A stretch of 64,000 bases of DNA from Hormiphora californensis (Eukaryota; Animalia; Ctenophora). Numbering within the stretch: position 1 is the stretch's first letter; each line of letters starts with the position of its first letter. The DNA lies in NCBI GenBank assembly GCA_020137815.1, contig CM035353.1:4836001-4900000 (forward strand). Reading direction: 5' to 3'. Of the stretch, positions 10,019 through 22,116 are shown in pieces. The position numbers and the translations under genes were made by a program. A model generated the notes under the pieces. That model was not told the origin of the DNA and did no database searches. It worked only from the letters and a program-made list of their open reading frames with translations.

Positions 10019-12053
10019 CAGGGTGTGAACTGCATGTCGTGTTTGCTAGTCGCGAGCGCACTTGCGAGACAAGCAAACACGTAAAGGTTCATTAACAAGC
10101 ATGCTGCTCAGTCATTTTAGATTTAATACACAATGTAAGGATACCATGTAATAGGTGAGACTCATCCCGTCACCCTCGTTCAAGTCCCGTGAAAAACGGA
10201 GCAGTACACGCAAACTGATGCCCATTTTCCTCGCGTGACCCCGATTCAGCAGTTTGAGACACCAACTCTTTAGGGGGCCATATCTCAGGAACCAGACAAG
10301 ATAGGAAAAATCGCCGTCTAATGAGGCGTACAGTTTTTAATCTAGTTTACCACTGTACCGGCCGTTTCACTCTCCCATTTACTCCATATCTCAGCTTCCC
10401 TACCTGCCATTTACTCCATCTCTCAGCTACCCTACCTCCCATTTACTCCATCTCTCAGCTACCCAACCTCCCATTCACTCCATCTATCAGCTACCCTACC
10501 TCCCATTTACTCCATCCCTCAGCTTCCCTACCTCCCATTTACTCCATCCCTCAGCTTCCCTACCTCCCATTTACTCCATCCCTGCCTCCCATTTACTCCA
10601 TCTCTCAGCTACCCTACCTCCCATTCACTCCATCTCTCAGCTACCCTACCACCCATTTACTCCATCTCTCAGCTTCCCTACCTCCCATTTACTCCATCTT
10701 TCAGCTTCCCTACCTCCCATTTACTCCATCGCTTACCTTCCCTACTCCTCATCTACTCCATCTTTCAGCTACCCTACCTCCCATTTATTCCATCTCTCAG
10801 CTTCCCTACCTCCCATTTACTCCATCTCTCAGATACCCTACCTCCCATTTACTCCATCTCTCAGCTTACCTACCTCCCATTTACTCCATCTCTCAGCTTC
10901 CCTACCTCCCATTTACTCCATCTCTCAGCTTCCCTACCTCCCATTTACTCCATCTCTCAGCTTCCCTACCTCCCATTTACTCCATCTCTCAGGGGTAGAA
11001 ATGTTAGGATAAATGAGAGATGGAGTAAATGGGAGGTAGGTAAGCTGAGAGATGGAGTAAATGGGAGGTAGGGTATCTGAGAGATGGAGTAAATGGCAGG
11101 TAGGGAAGCTGAGAGATGGAGTAAATGGGAGGTAGGGTAGCTGAAAGATGGAGTAGATGAGGAGTAGGGTAGCGGAGAGATGGACTAGATTAGGGGTAGG
11201 GTAGCTGAAAGATGGAGTTGATGAGGGCTAGGGAAGCATAGAGATGGAAACGATTATGGATAGGGATTCCCTACCCCTAATCGTTTCCATCTCTATGCTT
11301 CCCTAATAGGAAAGCTGAGAGATGGAGTAGATGAGGAGTAGGGTAGCTGAGAGATGGACTAGATAAGGGGTAGGGTAGCTGAAAGATGGAGTAGATGAGG
11401 GGTAGGGTAGCTGAAAGATGGAGTAGATGAGGGGTAGGGTAGCTGAGAGATCGAGTTGATGAGGGGTAGGATAGCTGAGAGATGGAGTAGATCAAGATCA
11501 AGAAATATTTGATTCGGCACTGACCCTCTCTTTACTCCTCGATGTTTCCCGCCATGTTCTGTAGCTGCTGTGTGAGAGTTGAACGCGAGCGCGTCAATAA
11601 CATGACACGACATGCAACACGACATGCAACACGACATGCGAGATGCGAATTTCATTATTTTGAAGTTTTGTGGGGTTGCGATTTTTGTTTTAGGTCGGAG
11701 AGTGAAACGGCCGGTACAGTGGTAAACTAGATTAAAAACTGTACGCCTCATTAGACGGCGATTTTTCCTATCTTGTCTGGTTCCTGAGATATGGCCCCCT
11801 AAAGAGTTGGTGTCTCAAACTGCTGAATCGGGGTCACGCGAGGAAAATGGGCATCAGTTTGCGTGTACTGCTCCGTTTTTCACGGGACTTGAACGAGGGT
11901 GACGGGATGAGTCTCACCTATTACATGGTATCCTTACATTGTGTATTAAATCTAAAATGACTGAGCAGCATGCTTGTTAATGAACCTTTACGTGTTTGCT
12001 TGTCTCGCAAGTGCGCTCGCGACTAGCAAACACGACATGCAGTTCACACCCTG
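10019..12053. mobile_element. Foldback element: 357-bp TIRs, CAGGG termini, 5-bp TSD, internal inverted minisatellite
   Basis: 10019-10375 is the reverse complement of 11697-12053; aaatt at 10014-10018 and 12054-12058. Confidence 0.95.
10372..11490. repeat. 32-bp minisatellite in two opposite-facing arrays
   Basis: ctcccatttactccatctctcagcttccctac about 19 times (10372-10992), then reverse-complement units from about 11015 to 11490. Confidence 0.95.
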
Positions 12054-12713
12054 AAATTGGTAAATGCAATTTTCCTTTGGTTTCCCCGTAGTTCAACAAG
12101 GCATGATCGCAGTATGGAGAAACGTTTTTTTAACCTATATATATATACTAGTCCTCAAGTGAGCATGACTTCGCTGTATGGTTCTTCCGTTCTTTTGGAA
12201 ATTTTGTTCGAAAAAAACGACATCAACAGTTACAACGTACATTTTAAAACAATTATTTTTCTAAACTGCTAAGGAAAAAGTGTCTATGTTACTGTATGTA
12301 TAAGTACACCTCTCCTTTATTTCCGCCCCACAATTGTCTATCATGAAAATGGGGTTTAAGCCTTCTGGTCCTTTAAGCACATATGTTAGGGTATCCGTAA
12401 CGGCTGTATTTGTTCCCGACGATCCGGTTGCTATTTTTGCACAATCTCCCTCTCCGATTTCGTTAATGCATAATCACATTGCAATATGATCAGCTTGTAT
12501 TTCTTCCACCGCCTCTGCTGCCTCTTGCCACACTGAGAAGCTTGTAGTTGTGTTCATTAATCTCTTTAGCTAGAGCATCATCTCTTGCAGACAGCCATGA
12601 CTCAGTAATACAGAGCATATAATCATGAAAATGTTAGGAGAGGGAGATATATTGCAATTTTTATGTACGTAAGCCTTATTTCTTCGCAAGTTTCTGACCC
12701 CCCCCCCCCCCCA

Positions 12714-13986
12714 AACCGTAACTGGTAACAGCTATAAGGTTCAGCACATATAATACACTTGAGAAATGTCGAATAAACCCTTTTTAATAAGCCTACATGT
12801 ATGCAGTAGATATATCTTTTGTGCCGTAATGCAACTCCATTTCGCTCGTTTTACCACATTGTAACTCGAAGTACATTGTAGCCGCTACACCATTGTGTAC
12901 AATAAGTTATAACGTGGCAGAATGGGCGTGATGAAGTTCTCCATTACGCCGTTGTGTCTCCATTACCGATGAGCAATTTGTAGCTGGTTTGATATAGCTC
13001 TCTCTCTCTCTTCATTAAACCGAATAAAATTCGATGGATTTCTTTTGCATGTTTTAGCAAATAATTGTTCTGGGATGTATTCCCAATCCTATCACTACCA
13101 CAGTATTGACTCACTCAAATAAACAATAAATATTACAAATGGAGGCGAGACACTGTGTTGAGACGCGCACCATTGCGACGTGCATTTTGGCATTGCGACG
13201 CGCACATGCGCGTCGCAATGCTTAAATGCGCGTCGCAAAGCCAAAATGCGTGTCGCAATGCGTGTCGCAATGGTGCGCGTCTCAACACAGTGTCTCGCCT
13301 CCATAAAATCTCACACGCGAATTAGATGTTGAAGTCTATATTTCCTAATCCCTTTGGGGTGTATTTTACACGGCATCCTCTTAGTGATCTCAAGGTTGCG
13401 ATTAGTAGGCAGAATGAGATAGAAATCGATCATTCTTACTTCTCTTGCAGGAACAGATTTTTGGACCTCTTCCACGCATTCAGTTTCATATTTAAGGGCT
13501 TCTTTCTTCGCTGAAATACATTTGATAATTACTGTGCTGGCAAACACAAAGGTTGTCCTCCCCCCTAGCGCTGAAAACTGCTATTGGAAATATTGCTTAC
13601 TTCTGAATTTTCGCAGTATGCTGCCCAAGAAATTCATCCTGGCAAACCGTAACAGCTATGAGGTTCAGTACATAAATTAATAATACACTTGAGAAATGTC
13701 TACATGAATACATATTTTGTGCCGTAATGCAACTCCATTTCGCTCGTTTTACCACATTGTAACTCGAAATACAGTGTAGCCGCTACAGTCTACACCATTG
13801 TGTACAGTAAGTTATAACGTGGCAGAATGGGCGTGATGAAGTTCTCCATTACGCCGTAGTATCGCCATTACCGATGAGCAATTTGTAGCTCGTCATTAAA
13901 CCGAATAAAATTTGGTGGATTTCTTTTGCATGTATTAGCAAATAAGTGTTCTGGGATGTCTTCCCAATCCTATCACTACCACAGTA
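12714..13986. repeat. Diverged ~350-390-bp direct duplication (12714-13105 and 13644-13986)
   Basis: Shared aaaccgtaac...gtgccgtaatgcaactccatttcgctcg...tcccaatcctatcactaccacagta with indels. Confidence 0.85.
13139..13304. mobile_element. 166-bp palindromic MITE
   Basis: 41-bp perfect TIR atggaggcgagacactgtgttgagacgcgcaccattgcgac; internal gcgacg/cgtcgc repeats; TSD unclear. Confidence 0.85.
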
Positions 13987-14470
13987 CCACAACCCTAATT
14001 GTCCCATCAGTGCAGGATCATTAGCAGGCGCCTTGGGAAGCGCCACTCACCCCACATATATCATAGGTCCCCAGCTCTCGATTTTGGGGATGGTATTTCA
14101 TCGGGACGGATCCTGTGCAAACAGCTCCTTATTGGTCCTCTGTTGCTCAGTATGTCTGACATAATTTTGAGATGGTGTCTTCAACTGATTGTTGGTCTCA
14201 GGGGTTTTGAGGCAGCGAATTTGTAGAGGGGATTTATCGAGACTGTGTTGTTGTTCCTCAGGTTGATCCATATCATAGGTCCTCAACTCTCGATTTTGGG
14301 TTGTGATGGGACTTCAAGGTTATCGTTGATGCTTTTAAATTTGACCTTTGCTTGTCTGAAGTTTACATGTACCTGTTACGGGCATGTTACGTTGCAATAT
14401 ATTATACTAATATAAACTGTTTTACTACATATTCTATATTTCTCATTCGAGGAAACTTAAAATCCGGGAT

Positions 14471-17400
14471 TAGTTAGGGAGAATTAGCCGAAATTAGTGG
14501 CAAAATTTTTAACAAGCTAATTCCTTCACTAAGTGACCCTAATGGGTCCTCTGAATCACCAAAAAAAAGTTCCAGCCAATCGGGCTTGCAGAAGGCCCTT
14601 ATTTCCGGGTGGGCGCGGCACCTGTATTTTCAGCCTGAGGCAAAAACCATAAGTACCCTTAAAATAGGAGTAGAGATAAAATCGAGGGCACTAAAGTGAT
14701 CAGCGACCTCGCATTAGTGGGGGTAGGTGCCGGAATTAAGTCTCTATCTCATCTGGTTAATTAGATAATTGGATAATTAGGTTTGCGTGTGTACCGTTTT
14801 TTGGCTATATGGCTATAGCCACTTAAGAATGGTATAGAGACTTTTCATTGGTGCCATTTTGTTCAGAAGAAAATTTTAGAGAGGAGTTCTGGAAAAATTT
14901 AGGGCCTATCTTTTACCGTTTTGGCGTTATTAGCCGTTAAACTAGGCCAATTAACTCAATTTTTGACATTTTCGCGAAATTTCGACTAATTTGGCCTAGT
15001 TTGACGGCTAATAACGCCAAAACGGTAAGAGATAGGCCCTAAATTTTTCCACAACTCCTCTCTAAAATTTTCTTCTGAACAAAATGGCACCAATGAAAAG
15101 TCTCTAAATCATTCCTAAGTGGCTATAGCCATATAGCCAAAAAACGGTACACGCGCAAACCTAATTATCCAATTATCTAATTAACCAAATGAGATAGAGA
15201 CTTAATTCCGGCACCTACCCCCACTAATGCGAGGTCGCTGATCACTTAAGTGCCCTCGATTTTATCTCTACTCCTATGTTAACCCTTTGAGGGCGATAGG
15301 TCATATATGACACGGTCCATTCTAGACCGTCTGGAAGGCGCTACATGATGTCTAGGTGGCTAATTTTTTGTCACAAGCTAGTTTTAGGAATTTTGAACCC
15401 AAAACCACGTCCAAATCTGCTCGGAAAATCGAAGAAATTTTTTTATGGCCCTTCTCGGGAGGCTAATTTAGGCCTTTTTTTTAAAACCCCTCTCAAATTT
15501 TTGTTTTTGAGGGGCACAAATAATCCTTTGAAGGGATAAAACTACTTGACATAACAAATCGAATGCAAAAAACCGCATCAAAAAATATTGAAAATTGAAT
15601 GAGTTATTAACGTTTTAGTCGTTGTATCATATATGACTCTATCGTCCGTAAGGGAATTCTAGTAACATATGTCATTTGTGCAAAAGTATGGGTCCAATAG
15701 TCAAATTTTATGCTTTGAGGCAGTCTATAGCTATAATTTCTACAATCTTGAACGGTTTTTACTAGAAAAATACCCCAAATTCTTCATTTTGTATCATATA
15801 TGACTCTATCGTCCCAATTGGTAAATTCTCCAAAAACATCCATAACTCGGGCTAGAAAAGGAGCTAAGAGTCAAATCAGGGCACTAAACTATGTAGAATC
15901 ATCGCATTAGTGGGGGTAGAGCACATATTTAGGTCGCTATCTTGCCCCCTAATTGAGATAATTGGATAATTAGCCAATTATCTGTCCCGCGCATGCTAAT
16001 AAATGAAACTTTGCTTTGGGAAGGAGTTATGAGTCAAATGGGGGCACTAAAATGTGTAGAATCATCACATTAGTGGGGTTAGAGCACATATTTAGGTCTC
16101 TATCTGGACCCCTAATTGAGATAATTGGATAATTAGCTAATTAGTTGCCCTCCAGCGCTAAAAAATAAATTTGGCGGAGTATACAAGACAAATGGGGGCA
16201 CTAAAATGTGTAAAATCGTCGCCTTAGTGGGGGCAGAGCACATAGCTGAGTTTCTATTCCCGCTCCTAATTGAGATAATTGGATATTATTTATACTAATT
16301 GACGGTTGCATGATGCCCCCTTTTAACCATAAACCGTGGTTTCTGGCTAATCCTGAGCTCTTTTGTTCAATCTAAGGCCATTCTAGCATCCCTTTACCCA
16401 TATGTATCACCTTTGAAATCGTTTTACACACTAATATAGCACTCTATACAACCCTAGACACCGCCTTCAGCTCTTTAGAACCCTCTTGCTTAATCCTAGA
16501 CCTCTCATAATTTCGAGATCCATATACACCTTCCTAACCGATTTTTTTTGGGATATCCTATCGCTCCTACAAGACGTTCAACCCCTAATGTACTACAGTT
16601 TCCCATTTTATTATTGGACACACGGTTTAGATTCCCCATACATTATTTCTCCTCATCACTCTCACAATCTCATTTGCCACTAAGGAAACTTCTCATGAAC
16701 TCCATCGGAAATAAAAATGATCTGTAGAAGGCGTTTAGTATGGTGTATGAGAGGTCTAGCTAGGAGTAGGATGAAGCAAGGGGGTTGTACAGAGCTGAAG
16801 TCGGCGTCTAAGGTTGTATAGAGTGCTATATTATTGTGTAAAACGAGTCAAAGGTGATACAAATGGGGTAAAGGGATGCCAAAAGATCCTTAGATTGAAC
16901 AAAAGAGCTCAGGATTAGCCAGAAACCACGGTTTATGGTTAAAAGGGGGCATCATGCGACCGTCAATTAGCTAATTATCCAATTATCTCAATTAGGAGCG
17001 GGAATAGAAACTCAGCTATGTGCTCTGCCCCCACTAAGGCGACGATTTTACACATTTTAGTGCCCCCATTTGTCTTGTATACTCCGCCAAATTTAATTTT
17101 TTAGCGCTGGAGGGCAACTAATTAGCTAATTATCCAATTATCTCAATTAGGGGTCCAGATAGAGACCTAAATATGTGCTCTAACCCCACTAATGTGATGA
17201 TTCTACACATTTTAGTGCCCCCATTTGACTCATAACTCCTTCCCAAAGCAAAGTTTCATTTATTAGCATGCGCGGGACAGATAATTGGCTAATTATCCAA
17301 TTATCTCAATTAGGGGGCAAGATAGCGACCTAAATATGTGCTCTACCCCCACTAATGCGATGATTCTACATAGTTTAGTGCCCTGATTTGACTCTTAGCT

Positions 17401-17981
17401 CCTTTTCTAGCCCGAGTTATGGATGTTTTTGGAGAATTTACCAATTGGGACGATAGAGTCATATATGATACAAAATGAAGAATTTGGGGTATTTTTCTAG
17501 TAAAAACCGTTCAAGATTGTAGAAATTATAGCTATAGACTGCCTCAAAGCATAAAATTTGACTATTGGACCCATACTTTTGCACAAATGACATTTGTTAC
17601 TAGAATTCCCTTACGGACGATAGAGTCATATATGACACAGTGGGCCCAGCAAAAACTACATGTCGAAACTTCAAATTTCTTTTTCGAGGTAGTTTGTGGT
17701 AATAATATCTACTTATAAACGAAAAATTAGAAAAATCTATCGAGCCAATCCTTCTCGCCCTTAAAGGGTTAAGGGTACTTATGGTTTTTACCTGAGGCTG
17801 AAAACAGGCTGAAAATACTGGTGCCGCGCCCACCCGGAATTAAGGGTCTTCTGCAACTCCGATCGGCTGGAACTTTTTTTTGGTGTTTTGGGGGACCCAA
17901 TAGGGTCACTTAGTGAAGGAATTAGCTTGTTAAAAATTTTGCCAATAATTTGCTGGTTTTTTAGCTAATTTTCCCTAACTA
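14471..17981. mobile_element. Academ-like non-autonomous palindromic element (TAG...CTA, 3-bp TSD), split by a piggyBac-like insertion
   Basis: Left arm 14471-~14952 pairs with ~14986-15278 plus 17769-17981; gat at 14468-14470 and 17982-17984; a paralogous empty site aaaatcggggatgctcattgctcaagcaatac sits at 19033-19064. Confidence 0.8.
15283..17768. mobile_element. Non-autonomous piggyBac-like element (2.49 kb) with a large internal palindrome
   Basis: TTAA at 15279-15282 and 17769-17772; TIR ccctttgagggcga / tcgcccttaaaggg; internal arms ~15625-16490 and ~16785-17638; repeated tcatatatgac motif. Confidence 0.92.
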
Positions 17982-18239
17982 GATGCTCAATGCTCAAGCA
18001 ATACTCCAATCAAGTCCTTTTTTGTCAATCTTTAATAAATCTATATCATGAATCCTTAAATTCCATTATTTTGATGTTAAGTATATCCTGGAGTCGAGAT
18101 TAATTAATAAGTGGGATGATCATTAGTTGAGACAACTAGCTCCCCAAGATATTGTCGACCACTTCAAAATATATCCTCGAGAACTTGGGGTATCCAACAA
18201 GTTCCCGTCACTTTTCCTCAGACCCTCTCAAACTCAAAC

Positions 18240-18515
18240 ACGTAACACATGTCACATATAAATTATAAATTAAAGGTACATGTAGGCAATAAATAGTAGT
18301 AGTACATGTAGCATTGTACACGTAACACATATAAATTAGAAGTACATGTAGACAATAAATAATAGTACATGTAGCATTGTACACGTAGTAAATATAAATT
18401 AGAAGTACATGTAGGCAATAAATAATAGTAGGTACATGTAGCATTGTACACGTAACACATGTCACATATAAATTATAATGTAGTAGTAGTACATGTAGCA
18501 TTGTACACGTAACAA
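18240..18515. repeat. Degenerate AT-rich minisatellite, ~60-80-bp period, about 4 copies
   Basis: gtacatgtagcattgtacacgta recurring. Confidence 0.85.
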
Positions 18516-19809
18516 ATATAAATCATTAAAAAACATTAAAAAACCCTCACGTCACCAATGACCAAAATAAACCCATTGTCCAATAACCAAACTCCAAAGT
18601 TCATATGTCCCACAGCAGGCCTGGCTTTTTCTTGTGGAGTCTCGCAAGGACCTGCCCCGGTTTCCTCTTCCCCCCATACCGAGCCAGGTGTTCGTTGGCT
18701 GGAGGTTGATATTTTTTTGCACCTCCCGGTACCACCTGTCCGCGGTGTGATTAATGTCTGCAACCATTTTTAGGTGGGTACGAGATTGAATTGTTGGGTA
18801 TAGTTGTCTGCCCAAGATATTGTCGATCACTTCAAAATATATCCTTGAGAACTTGGGGTTTCCAGCAGGCCCACGCATCCGAACCTCTACTTTCCACCTC
18901 ATAGTCGTCCAGCGCAGCTGGTCACTTCCTCTTCCTAGGAATTCCACAGTATACCTGCAGTTAGGTTGCTAGGCAGAGCTTCAAAAAGTTCCCATCACTT
19001 TTCCTCAGACCGTGCATTAATCAGAGCCTCTCAAAATCGGGGATGCTCATTGCTCAAGCAATACGTACTCAAATCAAATTCATTAGGCGTTTCCGACATT
19101 TTAGCATCATAAGAAAATGAATTCCGTGGTCTCCAAACTCAACTCTTCCAAAATAAGCTTGTGCAGTAACTACATAGTAGTAGTATGTAGTTATCCTTTT
19201 TCGAGCATTATATACACAACTTTATGAACATATCTATCGTATGTCCTCATTGCGATGACGGGATTGGGTTTAAAAGTTTGATGTATGAATCCCTCTCACT
19301 CTCCGTCTCCCTCATACTGTCTCTCTGCCTTTCCTCCACAATGGCTGGTGCCACGACCGCCTGCGCTTGTCTCTCTGCCTTTCCTCCACAATGGCTGGTG
19401 CCACGACCGCCTGCGCCTGGACGGCCCCCCGCCACAGCTGCAGCCCCCGATCCTCTTCCTCCTCGTCCCCCCAACCTCGTCCTCCCATAGCTCTCTGCTA
19501 ATTCCCTTATTATGGATCCATATAAATACAACTGGAGGGGGGTCAGACTGCACGGACTTGAAGAGAGCCACTTCTTCTCAAGCATTCCCTACCCTATTAA
19601 AATATACTTTCGTCGAAGATGTGTGTTAAATTATTGTATGTAGGGCACATACAACCAATAATTGAATGGCTAACACATGTATTCAGGATTCTGTACAAAA
19701 CTCTTATCCTTTAATTTTAAAATAATAAATTATACTCGTAAACAGTAAACAAGCAAACAATAAACTTCATACACAGTATATAATGTTTTGATCATTTCTC
19801 CTCCTTGGT

Positions 19810-20020
19810 CTTATTGAAAAGAAATGGGCTTGAAGAAGCTTGGCCCTAAGTGCTGGAGGTAACTCATTGCATGCAATGAAGACCGGGTACAGTGACTTGG
19901 AGCTTGAGTTGGTGTACTCAACCCCATCAGTGTTTATGACTAGCGTGATGACGGGTATTACGCTGCTGGTGAACGGTGGAGCAAAGCTCTCAGTCATAAT
20001 CTCTTGATACCGTTGTCCCT
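19810..20020 (-). pseudogene. CACTA/EnSpm transposase fragment
   Basis: VITLVINTDGVEYTNSSSKSLYPVFIACNELPPALRAK matches the LxxNTDG...SLWP...NELPP..R motif around the first catalytic Asp. Confidence 0.85.
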
Positions 20021-21239
20021 ATATGCTGCTGTTGGTGTGCTCCACCACGTCCGTGTTGATGACTGACGTCATTGATGTAATTCACTTCGTCAGTACATGT
20101 ATCACATGTATCATCCTGATTGTAAAGGGTGGATCACAGCTTTCGGTCATTATCACTTTATACCGTTGTGAGCTGTGTGTGATCCAGTGTCCCTATTGGT
20201 GGTATACGCTAGAGCATTTGTTAAACTTAATTTGTAAAATAATACCAATTATTAAAAGCTTTGTTATAAGAGCGAAAGAGAGTTAACCATGGGGCCGGTG
20301 GGGCCAGGCTTATCCAGGCGGCCGGTTGCTGGGGCTACGGTATAAACTTCTGTCAATTTTTTATTAATCTATATCATGAATCCTTATTGATATTTTCTTA
20401 GCTAACTGAGGCATTTCCGAACATTTTGGCATTATTTGGAAATGAGTAATTCCGCGGTCTCAAAACTCAACTCTTCCGAAATAAGCTTGTACAGCACCTA
20501 GTAGCTTCGTTACGTACCCGTAGGTATATATTTAGTTCTTCGGCCACCATCGTGATCTGGGTTAGTGAGGCGTTTGGTTACTGTTTCTAGCAGAACGTCT
20601 GCGTCTCCCCCCATCATCTTGGTCCATTCCTCGCAATCCAAATTTCATTGTCCAGATTGGTGCTCTCCTGTTCCATACCAAGGGACAAAAATTGGGACTT
20701 GAGAGTTGTGGTAACGTTAGTGTGGTAACGTAAGGACGGAGCCAATGGTTTCACAGATGGCGTCAGAGGAAGAGGAAGACACCTTCTTCCTTATCACCTC
20801 CTCCGCAGCGCACACAGAAGGAAATGATACCAACAGTAGATCTGAGAAGGCCACTAAGGTAACCTCCTCGGGTCGAGATGTGAGTTGCGCCAGACTGATG
20901 AGGGCGTCTTCTATCTCCTCTCTGTTTGAATTTCGCCTCCCTGGGTGAATCTTTCAGGCGAACTCGAGAGCTCTGGTCACTACAGCAGCACTCTTGACGA
21001 GCTTGATGTGGGGAGTTTTCTTCAAGTGGCCGTGTTCAAACTTGAAGAAGGACTCCCCGATCTTCACCATCTCATCAAGTACCTTGCTGTACTCCGCCAG
21101 CTGACTGTCCCTGGAGTCACGGGTTCCAGACCGTTTGGCAGGGTAGTCGCCTTCAAAGTCCTCAGCTGGGTATTTCATCATCTCGTGGAGGGTTTTGAAA
21201 GTTCTTAGCCATATGAATCCTAACCTCTTTACCAAAACG

Positions 21240-21540
21240 AAAATTTCCCAAGTTTAGACTTTCCATCTGCCATTTTCTGTTTGTGAACAGCCTTCTTCTC
21301 CAGCTTTGACCTAAAATTCTTGCTGACATGTCCAATACAGTCGACCTTGATCACCACATTACAGGAGTAACTGGGATCATCATGTTTTTCCACCCAATCC
21401 TTCCTTTCCTCCGACCGTGCATTAATCAGAGCCTCAGCCACCCTCTCCACTGCCTTCTCTGCTATTATGATGTCCAGGTTCACCCTTCCATACCAACGGA
21501 CAAAAATCGGGAATCGTCGTACCTTTCAAGGACTTTCGGT
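21240..21540 (-). pseudogene. Mutator-like transposase fragment
   Basis: VIKVDCIGHVSKNFRSKLEK...MADGKSKLG matches the CxGHVxK...DGK motif of animal MULE transposases. Confidence 0.75.
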
Positions 21541-22116
21541 CATTGTCTATTTATACTGTTGTGAGTTGTTAATTATTGTTGAATTGGTGGTATACGCTCG
21601 AGCACGTCCATTCGCCCCCCCCCCTTTCATTAAATATACGTTTTCAATTTGTTACTTTATTTATGAAATCCATATTAAATTCTGCATGCAAGGAAAATTA
21701 CCAGTAATGTTAATAATTGGTTTTACAAGCTTTGTTATAAGAGCGAAAGAGAGTAAACCAAACTATTAAGAAGCAAAGCACGTCCTTCTGATGATGATTA
21801 TTATTAACCCATTAATTACTAGCTCTATCCACCTCATTTTGGAGACTTATTTAGTCCAGTTTAATGCTCTTACCACTGATAAGAGCTTGTTTTGTTAATT
21901 CCTATCTATTCCAATAAACAATGGCAAGTTTTGATTTGGCTGTGATAGTTTTTGTCGCGTCCTGATCAGCTTTATACATTGGCAGCAATCGGTTGTTTGT
22001 GTTGAGATTGTGTAGTAGCCCAACAATCATGATTATTACAATGTTATCATACGCCCAGATTTACGCCTAGTTTCTGGCGGGCTCCATAGTGCGTCACTAC
22101 ATTACGACATTATGGT

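Noticed and set aside
10321-10998. 225-aa ORF with repeating LPFTPS/HLLHLS units
   Set aside because: Translation of the stop-free 32-bp minisatellite; its start lies in the TIR and is mirrored at 11751
10372-11490. 32-bp repeats as a possible CRISPR array
   Set aside because: Units are head-to-tail with no unique spacers, no cas genes, eukaryotic context
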